DNA from: an uncultured Actinomycetes bacterium
GTDB lineage: Bacteria; Actinomycetota; Acidimicrobiia; IMCC26256; PALSA-555
Assembly: GCA_963821325.1 (NCBI GenBank)
Contig: CAWGDC010000001.1
Location: forward strand, 201,794-265,793
DNA length: 64,000 bases
Direction: 5' to 3'
A program made the position numbers and the translations under genes. Under the pieces are notes generated by a model, which was not told where the DNA came from, did not search any database, and saw only the letters and a list, made by a program, of their open reading frames with translations. Positions 26,075 to 35,185 of the stretch are shown here, piece by piece (position 1 is the stretch's first letter; each line of letters starts with the position of its first letter).

Positions 26075-26202
26075 GGGTGCTGCTCGGTCCAGCAGCGGTA
26101 CAGCGAGGCTACCGCCGACCTCGGTGAGCGCCACGGTGGTTGCGCAGCACCGCCGATCGTCCGAGAAAGGGCCAGTATTCGCACGCCGTTACCATCGGGG
26201 CC

Positions 26203-27628
26203 GTGACACCCGGCGTCCAGCTGCTGGCGGTCGGCGCGGCGGCGCCCAGCTGGCGGCTCCCCGCGGCCGAGGTCGGTGCCGCCTGGGGTCGCGGCGGCGG
26301 TCGGGGCCAGGCGGCGGTGTGTGCCCCCGACGAGGATGCCCTCACCTTGGCGGCCGAGGCGGCCCACCGGGCGCTCGCCGTGTCGGGGCTGCAGACCGAC
26401 ATCGTCGACGGGTTGTGGTGGGGCACGACGCGACCGCCCTTCGCCGAGGGGCCGAGCCACGCGGTGCTGGCGCGGGCCGTGGGCCTGTCGCACCGCTCCG
26501 GTGGGGCGCTGTCCAGCGGCTCGCCGCACGCGGGCATCGAGGCGTTGCTCGGCGCGGCCGACGCGGTCGGGGCCGGGTCCGCGCGGGTGGCGCTCGTCGT
26601 CGTGTCGGACGCGATCGTGCCGGGCCTCGGAACTCCGTTCGAGGCGCGTGCCGGCGCGGGCGCGGCCGCGCTGCTGCTCGTGTCGCACGGCGGCGCGGCG
26701 GCGTTCGGCCCACGCGTGACCCGCACCCGCCCCTACCTCGACCGTTACCGGGGTGACCGCGAGACCGCGACCCGGGACCTCTACGACAGCCGCCTGTTCC
26801 GCGAGGAGATCTTCCTGCCCGCGATGCGCGAGCTCGGTGAGCAACTCGGCGCGCTCGAGATCGACCGGTGGTCCCTCCCCGACCCGGACGGGCGGCTCGG
26901 CGCCACGCTGGCCCGCCAGCTCGGGGCCGGCACCCCCGCGTCTGCCCCGGTGTACGCCGAGCTCGGCGACACGGGCGCGGCGGCGTCGATCCTCGGCGCG
27001 GTCGGCGCGCTCGACGCGGCCGGCACGGTCGGCCTCGTCTGCTTCGGCGGCGGCCGCGCGACCGGGGTGACGATCACCGCGCGCGAGCCGGTGCCCGGCG
27101 CCGCCCGTTTCCCCGCGGCGCTGGCGGGCGGTCGGACGGTCACCTACGCCGACGTGCTGCGCGCCCGGGGTCAGCTCGTGGCGTCGGGGGAGACCGTCCA
27201 GATGGGCGTGCCACCCGAGAGCGCCGCGTTCGTGCGCGGCGCCGACGAGATGCTCGGCCTGCTCGGGGCCCGCTGCGTCGACTGCGGGACGATCTACACC
27301 CCGCCGTCGATCCACCCGCACTGCATCGGCTGCGGCGGCGCCAAGTCGTGGTCGTGCCGCTGGCCCGGCACGGCCGGGTGCAGACCTTCGTCGTGAACCA
27401 GACCATGCCGCCGCCGTTCCAGGCGCCGCTGCCCCTGGTGGTGATCGACCTCGACGACGGCGCCCGGGTCATGGTGCAGGGTCACCGAGCACGAGGCGCT
27501 CCTCGAGATCGGCGTGCGAGGTGGAGCTTGTCGCTGCGCCGCTACGCCTACGAGCGCGGGCATCCCCGTCTACGGCTACAAGGCGTTCCGGGTGCCCGCG
27601 TCGGTCGGACGGAGGACGGATCCGATGA
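26203..27628 (+). pseudogene. HMG-CoA-synthase-like (thiolase-fold) domain fused to a DUF35 Zn-ribbon/OB-fold domain; DUF35 part frameshifted several times
   Basis: GTG 26203. 26203-27344 reads in one frame (…AAVCAPDEDALTLAAEAAHRAL…) and runs without a stop into the zinc ribbon CVDCGTIYTPPSIHPHCIGCGG. The OB part continues in other frames (VVVVPLARHGRVQTFVVNQT…LVVIDLDDGARVMVQ / VTEHEALLEIGVR / VELV / LRRYAYERG / IPVYGYKAFRV). Frame changes are at about 27345, 27479-81, 27520-21, 27533 and 27558-60. The true stop is unresolved; TGA 27626-28 (ATGA with the next gene) is the candidate. Confidence 0.65.
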
Positions 27629-28821
27629 GCTGGAACCGGGTCGCCGTCGTCGGCGCCGGGACTGATCAAGTTCGGCGAGCTGTTCGACCAGAGCTACGAG
27701 CAGATGGCGGCCGGCGCGTTCGCCGCCGCCGTCGAGCCAGCGTGGACAAGGGCTTCGACCGCCGCGCCGTCGACGCGGCGTCATCGTGGCCACCCAGCGC
27801 GGCACCCTGTGGGGCCAGGAGGGCATCGGCGGCAACACCGTGCCGAGCGCCATCGGGCTGGCCGGGCATCCCCTGCACCCGGGTCGAGAACGCCTGCCCG
27901 TCGGGCTCCGACGCCTTCCGCATCGGGGCCATGGTGGTGGCGAGCGGCGTCCACGACGTGGTGCTCGTCGATCGGGGTGGAGAAGATGCGCGACAAGTCC
28001 AGCCCAGGAGGGCCTGCTGGCCCGGGCCGCCGTCGGGCCACCCGCTCTACAACCGGGGCGAGACCGCCCCCGTGCTCTTCGCGCCGTTCGCCACCCGCCA
28101 CATGTACGAGTTCGGCACCACCCCCGAGATGCTGGCCTCGGTGGCGGTGAAGAACCACCACAACGGCTGCCTCGACCCCTACGCCCACTTCCAGAGCGAG
28201 ATCACCGTCGAGCAGGTGCTGGCCTCGCCGCCGGTGTGCAGCCCGCTGCGCCTGCTCGACTGCTGCCCCCAGACCGACGGCGCCGCCGCGGTGCATCCTG
28301 ACCACGGCCGAGCGGGCCGCACGAGTTCACCGACAAGCCGGTGTTCGTGGCCGGCTTCGGCGTGGCCACCGACCACCCGTACCTGCACGAGAAGTCGACC
28401 TTCGTGGGCCTGCCGGCCACCACGCTGGCGGCCGAGCGCGCCTACGCCATGGCGGGCGTCGGGCCCGGCCGACATCGACATGGCCGAGGTGCACGACTGC
28501 TTCACCATCACCGAGATCCTCGACATCGAGGACCTCGGGCTTCGTCGACAAGGGCAAGGGCGGCGCCGGCGTCGCTCGACGGGGAGACCGGCGCTCGACG
28601 GGCGGATCCCGGTCAACCCCTCGGGCGGGCTGCTGGCCAAGGGCCACCCCATCGGCGCCACCGGGGTCGCGCAGCTCACCGAGTGCTGGTGGCAGCTGCG
28701 CGAGCGAGGCCGGCGAGCGCCAGGTCGGCCATCCGCCACGGCATACGCCCTCCAGCACAACGTCGGCGGCCGCGGCTCGGGCGTCTCGGTGGTCAACATC
28801 TTGACCACGAACCAGCCGTGA
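27625..28821 (+). pseudogene. SCP2-type thiolase / lipid-transfer-protein-like thiolase, about 16 single-base frame changes
   Basis: ATG 27625 behind GGAGGA. Thiolase segments (MSWNRVAVVGAG, LIKFGELFDQSYEQM, VIVATQRGTLWGQEGIGGNTVPSAIGLAG, IPCTRVENACPSGSDAFRIGA, IGVEKMRDKSS, HPLYNRGETAPVLFAP…, EFTDKPVFVAGFGVATD…, ADIDMAEVHDCFTITEILDIEDLG, RIPVNPSGGLLAKGHPIGATG…, ALQHNVGGRGSGVSVVNIL) alternate among all three frames. The 435-aa track ORF 27514..28821 is a frame-1 read-through with scrambled stretches. Confidence 0.75.
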
Positions 28822-29612
28822 TCCGCTACGACGTGGGCGCCGACCACGTCGCGCGTCTCACCCTCGATCGACCCGAGACCAAGAACGCGCTGACCGTCGC
28901 GATGCGCGACGACATCGTCGCCCGGGTCCGCGACGCCCGGGCCGATCCGTCGGTGCGAGCCCTGCTCATCACCGGCGCCGGCGACGCCTTCTGCGCGGGC
29001 ATGGACCTCAGCGCGTCGACGCTCGCCGACGCCGCCTCCCCCGACTTCGAGACCCGCCGCACCGCCGAGGCGTTGCGCATCGGGGTGCAGAGCTTCATCC
29101 GCGAGCTCTGGGAGCTCGACAAGCCGACCGTCGCGGCGGTGAACGGCGCGGCCGTCGGGCCGGGCGCGCACCTCGCGCTGGCCTGCGACTTCGTGCTCGT
29201 CCACGACGAGACCCGCTTCGTGTGGTCCTTCGCCCGCTGGAGTCTCGTCGTCGACGCCGGCGGCGCCTACCTCCTCCCCCGGCTGGTGGGCCTCCCCCGC
29301 GCCAAGGGGATGGTGATGCTGGGCGACGGGGCCCGGGGCGCCGAGGCGGTCGAGCTCGGCCTCGCCTACCGCTGCGTCGCACGCGACGACCTGCTCGCGA
29401 TCGCCGACGAGCTGGCCCGGCGCCTCGCCGCCGGACCGACCCGTGCGCTCGGGCTCTCCAAGCGGCTGCTCAACTCGAGCTTCGAGACCTCGCTCGACCG
29501 GTCCCTCGAGCTCGAGGGCGCCTACCAGTCGCTCGCCGCGACGTCCCAGGACCTCGTCGAGGGCATGACGGCGTTCCGCGAGAAACGCGACCCGGAGTTC
29601 CGCGGCCGCTGA
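28818..29612 (+). CDS. enoyl-CoA hydratase/isomerase (crotonase) family
   Basis: GTG 28818 overlaps the thiolase stop (GTGA). LTLDRPETKNAL, GAGDAFCAGMDL. Confidence 0.88.
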   Translation: MIRYDVGADHVARLTLDRPETKNALTVAMRDDIVARVRDARADPSVRALLITGAGDAFCAGMDLSASTLADAASPDFETRRTAEALRIGVQSFIRELWELDKPTVAAVNGAAVGPGAHLALACDFVLVHDETRFVWSFARWSLVVDAGGAYLLPRLVGLPRAKGMVMLGDGARGAEAVELGLAYRCVARDDLLAIADELARRLAAGPTRALGLSKRLLNSSFETSLDRSLELEGAYQSLAATSQDLVEGMTAFREKRDPEFRGR

Positions 29613-29794
29613 CCCGCGCCCGCCGTTCGGGGCGGCCTGTGAGACCGAACCGGTAGGCTCCCTGACGCCCTCGTCAGATACCCGGCACACGTGCGCGGCC
29701 GGAGGAGGAGGCCACCACCGCTCCACCCGCGGCGGAGGCGCCGGGGCCGCATCGCCGAGCACGCGACGCGTCGGATCGAGCGGAAGGACCACCG

Positions 29795-30709
29795 ATGGGT
29801 GTCTTCGACGGGAAGGTGGCGGTCGTCACCGGCGCCGGACGGGGGATCGGCCGCGCCGAGGCGCTGCTCCTGGCGGCCGAAGGGGCGGCGGTCGTGGTGA
29901 ACGACCTCGGCGGGGAGCGCAGCGGCGAGGGCGCCGACCAGCGGCCCGCCCAGCAGGTCGTCGACGAGATCACCAAAGCGGATGGCAACGCGGTGGCGAA
30001 CTACGACGACATCTCCTCGTGGGAGGGCGGCGGGGCGTTCATCCAGCAGGCGATCGACGAGTTCGGTGGCCTCGACGCGGTGATCAACAACGCCGGGATC
30101 CTGCGGGACAAGATGAGCTTCAACATGACCGAGGAGGAGTGGGACGCGGTCATCCGCGTCCACCTCAAGGGTCACTTCGTCCCCGCCCGTCACGCCGCGG
30201 CGTACTGGCGCGCCAAGAGTAAGGAGACGGGCCAGCCGGTCGGGGCGGCGATCGTGAACACGGCCTCCGAGTCGGGTCTGTACGGGAACGCCGGGCAGCT
30301 GAACTACGCCGCGGCGAAGGCCGGCATCGCCGCGATGACGATCGTGCTCGCCCGCGAGCTCGAGCGGATCGGGGTGCGGGCCAACGCGATCGCCCCGGTG
30401 GCCCGCACGCGGCTGACCGAGGACCTCGGGGGCGGCGCGTTCGAGGCGAAGGACGGCTTCGACGCCTTCGCGCCCGAGAACGCCGCCGCGGGGGCGGTGT
30501 GGCTCGCGTCGCCGCTCGCGGAGGGGATCACCGGGCAGGTACTGAAGATCCAGGGCGGTGTCGCCCAGATCGTGCGGGGCTGGCATCCCGTCACGGAGGT
30601 CAAGGACACCAAGCCGTGGACGATCGCCGAGCTGGCCGCCCGCCGCGACGCGCTGTTCGCCAAGTCCGACCCTGGGGTGCCTCCCTTCTTCCCGCCCGTC
30701 GAGGGCTGA
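29795..30709 (+). CDS. SDR (long, 17-beta-HSD4/Hsd4A-N-terminal-like)
   Basis: VAVVTGAGRGIGRAEAL, NNAGI, YAAAKAGI. 304 aa. Confidence 0.88.
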   Translation: MGVFDGKVAVVTGAGRGIGRAEALLLAAEGAAVVVNDLGGERSGEGADQRPAQQVVDEITKADGNAVANYDDISSWEGGGAFIQQAIDEFGGLDAVINNAGILRDKMSFNMTEEEWDAVIRVHLKGHFVPARHAAAYWRAKSKETGQPVGAAIVNTASESGLYGNAGQLNYAAAKAGIAAMTIVLARELERIGVRANAIAPVARTRLTEDLGGGAFEAKDGFDAFAPENAAAGAVWLASPLAEGITGQVLKIQGGVAQIVRGWHPVTEVKDTKPWTIAELAARRDALFAKSDPGVPPFFPPVEG

Positions 30710-30714
30710 GCGGC

Positions 30715-31896
30715 GTGCGCCTCTCGTTCGGGCCGGAGGTCGAGGACTTCCGCGGCGAGCTCGTTGCGTTCCTCGACGCGCACGCCCCCGCCGAGGCGCT
30801 CGCCGGCTACGACTTCGCGGACAGCGGCGCCGAGGAGCGCGCCGAGCTCATCCCCGCGTGGGCGCGGTCGTGGCAGGCGACGCTGTTCGACCACGGCTGG
30901 ATGATCCCCGGCTACCCGCCCGAGCTCGGCGGCCGGAACGCCACCCCGCTGCAGACCCTCGTCTACCTGGAGGAGATGGCCCGGCGGCGCATGCCCCGGT
31001 CGTTGCACTTCCCGGGCTACGCGATCGTGGCGCCGAGCCTCCTCGACTTCGGCAACGAGGAGCAGCAGCGCTTCGTCGCCCCCGCCATCCGGGGCGACAC
31101 GATCTGGTGCATCGGGATGAGCGAGCCGAACGCCGGCTCGGACCTGGCGGGCCTACAGACCCGCGCCGAGCTCGACGGCGAGCGGTTCGTCATCAACGGC
31201 CAGAAGGTGTGGACCAGCTACGCGATGGTCGCCCAGAAGTGCTTCGTGTACGTGCGCACCGACCCGACGGTCCCGAAGCACAAGGGCATCAGCCTGCTCA
31301 TCGTCGACATGGACACGCCCGGCATCGACGTGCGGCCGCTGCGCCACCTGAGCGGCGCGGCGAACTTCGCCGAGGTCTTCTTCACCGACGTGTCCGTCCC
31401 GGCTGCCAACCTGGTCGGCGGCCTCAACGACGGGTGGCGAATCACCCAGGGGTCGCTGGCGCACGAGCGGGCCGGCCTGTGGGTCGAGGGCGTGTCCCGG
31501 TTGGAGGCCACCGTCCAGGCGCTGGTCGACCTGGTCCGACGCCGCGGCCTCGCCGACGACACCGGGGTGCGCCGCCAGATCGCCGCGCTGTACGAGCAGG
31601 CGGCGTCGCTGCGCGCCCTCGGCTACAAGGGGTTCGCGAGCTTCGCGCAAGGCTCGTCCGCGCCGGAGCACTCCTACATGAAGATGGCGACCAGCGAGCT
31701 CGGCAAAGCCGCGTACGAGCTGGGCATGCAGCTCCTAGGCGCCGACGCCGTGACCACCGACCCGGAGCGCGGGGAGGAGCACGGCCGCTGGGTCCACATG
31801 TTCTTCATGAGCTTCGCCAACACGATCGCCGGCGGCAGCAGCGAGATCCAGCGCAACATCATCGCCCAGCGCGTGCTCGGCCTCCCGAGGGCCTGA
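30715..31896 (+). CDS. acyl-CoA dehydrogenase, catalytic-type subunit
   Basis: GTG 30715. IGMSEPNAGSDLAG and the C-terminal GGSSEIQRNIIA carrying the usual catalytic Glu. Confidence 0.88.
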   Translation: MRLSFGPEVEDFRGELVAFLDAHAPAEALAGYDFADSGAEERAELIPAWARSWQATLFDHGWMIPGYPPELGGRNATPLQTLVYLEEMARRRMPRSLHFPGYAIVAPSLLDFGNEEQQRFVAPAIRGDTIWCIGMSEPNAGSDLAGLQTRAELDGERFVINGQKVWTSYAMVAQKCFVYVRTDPTVPKHKGISLLIVDMDTPGIDVRPLRHLSGAANFAEVFFTDVSVPAANLVGGLNDGWRITQGSLAHERAGLWVEGVSRLEATVQALVDLVRRRGLADDTGVRRQIAALYEQAASLRALGYKGFASFAQGSSAPEHSYMKMATSELGKAAYELGMQLLGADAVTTDPERGEEHGRWVHMFFMSFANTIAGGSSEIQRNIIAQRVLGLPRA

Positions 31897-32897
31897 TGGA
31901 CTTCACGCTGACCGATGAGCAGCAGCTGCTGCGCGACACCGCCCGGACCCTCCTGGCCAAGGAGTGCCCGACGTCGCTCGTGCGCGCCCACATCGACGAC
32001 CCGGCCGTCGCGGACGCGCTGTGGGACCGCGAGCGTGACTTCGCCGGGCTGGCCGACGGGCCGCTCACCGACCTGTGCCTCTTCACCGCGGAGACCGGCT
32101 ACGTCGCCGCGCCCGGCCGGTTCTTCGCGACGACCGCCCTGTTCGCGCCGCTGCTCGCGGCCGCCGGCGACGACCGTCTCGCCGCGACCCTGGCCGGGGA
32201 GACCTCCGGGACGGTCGCGATGGCCGGCCTCGACGGGACGTGGGCACCGAACGAGGAGCGGGTGAAGCGCTTCGTGCCCGAGCTCGACTCGGTCGAGTGG
32301 GTCGCGGTCGTCGAAGCCGGACCGACGCTGCGGGTCGTGCCTACGGCGGGCGTGCCGATGCGGCTGCTCGGCACCGCCGACTGGTCCCGGCGGCTCTTCG
32401 AGCTCGACGTCGCGGACCTCGACGGCGCGCGTCGTCCCCTCGACGTCGACGCGGTCGACGCCGTCGTGGCCGGCGCGACGGTGGCCCTGGCCGCCGAGAT
32501 GGTCGGGACGGCGCGGCGCCTCTTCGACATGGCCCTCGAGTACGCCAAGCAGCGGATCCAGTTCGACCACCCGATCGGCTCGTTCCAGGCGATCCAGCAT
32601 CGCCTCGCCGAGCTGTCGCTGGCCGTCGAGCGGGCCGACAGCGCGGCGCAGTACGGGGCGATGAGCCTCGACGCCGGGGCGCCCGATCGGCGCCGCGCCG
32701 TGCACGTCGCGAAGTCGGCGGCGGGCACCGCCGCGACCCGCGCCGCGAAGGACAGCATCCAGGTGCACGGCGGCATCGGCTACACGTGGGAGCACGACCT
32801 GCACCTGTTCATCCGCCGGGCGTACGGCTCGGAATCGTGGCTCGGCACGACCGGCTGGCATCACGACCGGCTCGCCGAGCTCCTGCTCGACGCGTGA
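31896..32897 (+). CDS. acyl-CoA dehydrogenase family, shorter partner subunit
   Basis: ATG 31896 overlaps the upstream stop by 1 nt (TGATG). ACAD C-terminal domain (IGSFQAIQHRLAEL…VHGGIGYTWEHDLHLFIRRA). 333 aa, no GGxSEI-type motif. Confidence 0.8.
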   Translation: MDFTLTDEQQLLRDTARTLLAKECPTSLVRAHIDDPAVADALWDRERDFAGLADGPLTDLCLFTAETGYVAAPGRFFATTALFAPLLAAAGDDRLAATLAGETSGTVAMAGLDGTWAPNEERVKRFVPELDSVEWVAVVEAGPTLRVVPTAGVPMRLLGTADWSRRLFELDVADLDGARRPLDVDAVDAVVAGATVALAAEMVGTARRLFDMALEYAKQRIQFDHPIGSFQAIQHRLAELSLAVERADSAAQYGAMSLDAGAPDRRRAVHVAKSAAGTAATRAAKDSIQVHGGIGYTWEHDLHLFIRRAYGSESWLGTTGWHHDRLAELLLDA

Positions 32898-32898
32898 G

Positions 32899-33213
32899 TC
32901 AGCGCCGCGCGCCCTGTGCCCGTGCGAGGTCGTCGGCCGCGAAGACCAAGCGCGTGTTGGTGGCGAGATAGGCGAGGGTGACGTTCACGCCGGCGTCGCC
33001 GAGCCGGCGGCTGGCGTCCCCCGAGCGCGCCCGGCCGGTCGTCGACCGGCATGACCGCGACCTCCTGCTCGGAGGCCACCTTGATGTCGGCCGCGGCCAG
33101 CGCGGTGAACGCATCGAACCCTCGATGTTCACCGCGGCGGTCCCCAGCCCCTCGCCGAGGCGCGCCAGCTCGCCGGGGCGGTCGTCCAGGTAGATGGTCA
33201 GGTCGACGGCCAT
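32899..33213 (-). CDS. ACT-domain protein with an internal out-of-frame stretch (compensating -1/+1)
   Basis: MAVDLTIYLDDRPGELARLGEGLGTAAVNIEG … DASRRLGDAGVNVTLAYLATNTRLVFAADDL are in frame. The middle (SMRSPRWPRPTSRWPPSRRSRSCRSTTGRARSG) is nonsense, while the adjacent frame reads FDAFTALAAADIKVASEQEVAVMPVDDRPGALG. The switches fall at CCC 33119-21 and CCCCC 33028-32. Confidence 0.7.
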   Translation of the reverse strand: MAVDLTIYLDDRPGELARLGEGLGTAAVNIEGSMRSPRWPRPTSRWPPSRRSRSCRSTTGRARSGDASRRLGDAGVNVTLAYLATNTRLVFAADDLARAQGARR

Positions 33214-33229
33214 GCCGTGCGCCCGCGGG

Positions 33230-33610
33230 TCATGCCGGGCGGGCCTGGGTGACGGACAGGGTGTTGCCGTCGGGGTCGGGGAACCACGCGACCTGGTCGC
33301 CGCTCGGCGCGGTCCACACGCCGTCGTCGTCTTGTCCCATACCGTCGTAGCGGGTGCACGCGACGCCCTGCCCGGCGAGGGCCCGCACGGTGGCGTGGAC
33401 GTCGGGAACGGTCCAGCCGAGCACGGTCCACGGCGCCGCCGTGAGCGAGTCCACGAGCGTGACCCGCAGCGTCGTGCCCTGGGCGTCGAAGCAGCACGCG
33501 AACGCGTCGCGCGACGTGAGCGCCAGCCCGAGGGTGTCCCCGTAGAAGGCCTGCGCGTGGTCGAGGTCGGTGGTCGGCGCGAACGCGACGAGAGCCGCTG
33601 ACCCGAGCAT
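33230..33610 (-). CDS. VOC (glyoxalase-fold) family protein
   Basis: 126-aa single VOC module (…AQAFYGDTLGL…WFPDPDGNTLSV). Confidence 0.8.
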   Translation of the reverse strand: MLGSAALVAFAPTTDLDHAQAFYGDTLGLALTSRDAFACCFDAQGTTLRVTLVDSLTAAPWTVLGWTVPDVHATVRALAGQGVACTRYDGMGQDDDGVWTAPSGDQVAWFPDPDGNTLSVTQARPA

Positions 33611-33658
33611 GGCACCTCCTGTCCTGAGCGTAGGGGACGCGTCCCCGAGCGCACGGGG

Positions 33659-35183
33659 TCAGACGGGTGCGGCCCCGGCGGGCGCGTGCTCCTCACGCAG
33701 GCGACGCTTCAGGACCTTGCCGTTCGGCTGGCGGGGCAGCTCGTCGACGAGCTCGATCGTGGCCGGCACCTTGAAGTCGGCGAGGTGCTCCCGGCACCAG
33801 GCGCGCAGCGCGTCGGGGGTGACGGGTTCCCGGGTCTCGACGACGGCGAGGAGCTGCTCCCCGAGCCGGGCGTCGGGGACGCCGAGCACCGCGCAGTCCA
33901 CGACGGCGGGATGACGGAAGAGGACGTCCTCGATCTCGCGGGGGTACACGTTGACGCCGCCGCGGATCACCATGTCGACGGCCCGGTCGGTGAGGTACAG
34001 GTAGCCGTCGTCGTCGAGATGCCCGACGTCGCCGACGGTGAACGCGTCGTCGCGCCACGCGCCGGCGGTCTTGTCCGGGTCGTCGTGGTAGTGGAACCGC
34101 GCCCCGCCGGGGGGACGGACGTAGATGACCCCGGTGACGCCGGTCGGGACGGGCTCACCGGCCTCGTCGAGGATGCGCACCTCGGTGCCGGGCCAGGGCC
34201 GGCCCACGCTGCCGGGTCGCTCGAGCCACTCGGCTCATCGAGATGCGGGTCGCGCCGCCTTCGCTCATGCCGTAGAGCTCGGCGATCTCGCACGGAGCGA
34301 GCGCCTCGATGATGCGCTGCTTCACCGGCACGGGGCAGGGCGCGCCGGCGTGGACGATCAGCTGGAGCGACGACACGTCCGTCGCACGTCGCGTCGCCTC
34401 GGGGACCTCGAGGATCCGGATGAAGTGGGCCGGGACCATGAACGTCCGCGTCACGCGGTGCGCGGCGACGAGGCGCAGCCAGGCTTCGGCGTCGAAGGTC
34501 TCGAGGATCACCGTCGTCGCTCCGACGTACAGCGCGGCCATCGCCCAACCACCCGGGCCGGCGTGGTACGCCGGGCCGGTGAGGATGTAGGTGTCGTCGC
34601 CGTGCCAGCCCCACAGCGCGAGCTGGCCGCGCATGTTCTGCCCGGCACGGCCCGGGTCGGGCCGACCGTGGATGACGCCCTTCGGCCGGCCGGTCGTGCC
34701 CGACGTGTAGAAGATCGGCGCGTCGAGCGCGTCGATGGGCAGCTCGGGTTCGCGGTCCTCCGCGGCGAGGGCCGTCTCGTACTCGTCGGGGACGACGAGG
34801 AGCGCGCAGTCGGTCGCCTGGTCGAGCGCGGTGCGGCACGCGTCGAGCAGGTCGGTGTGCGCGACGAGGAGCCGCGCCCCCGAGTCGGTGAGGATGTAGC
34901 CGAGCTCCTCGGCCTTCAGGTGCCAGTTGACGAGCACCACCGGCGCGCCGAGCTTCGTCGCGGCGGCCCACGCCTCGAAGAACTCGATGCCGTTGGGCAG
35001 CATGACCGCCACCCGGTCGCCGACGCCCACGCCGCGGCGGGCGAACGTGTGGGCGAGCCGGGTGGTGCGCTCGTCGAACTCGGCGAAGGTGCGGACCTGC
35101 TCGCCGAGCACGAACGCCGGTCGGTCAGGGTTCGCCCGCGCGTGCGCGGTGATGCCGAGCCGGGGCTCCTCGGTCACGGGCAC
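33659..35183 (-). pseudogene. AMP-dependent acyl-CoA synthetase/ligase, one frameshift
   Basis: YTSGTTGRPKGV, GDVGHLDDDGYLYLTDR, PNGKVLKRRL. The two track ORFs (34155..35183 and 33659..34207) join as …YGMSEGGATRISMS|EWLERPGSVGRPWPGTEVRILD if one base is removed at GG 34232-33. Length is 3n+1. Confidence 0.8.
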
Positions 35184-35185
35184 GC

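Noticed and set aside
27514-28821. 435-aa ORF that looks like an intact thiolase
   Set aside because: Only parts of it are thiolase sequence. Between them lie scrambled stretches (e.g. TDQVRRAVRPELRADGGRRVRRRRRAS) whose correct reading lies in the other two frames.
29613-29794. Possible terminator hairpin after the crotonase gene (CCGCC-GTTCGG-GGCGG)
   Set aside because: The stem is only 5 bp, there is no U-tract, and such short GC stems occur everywhere in this sequence.
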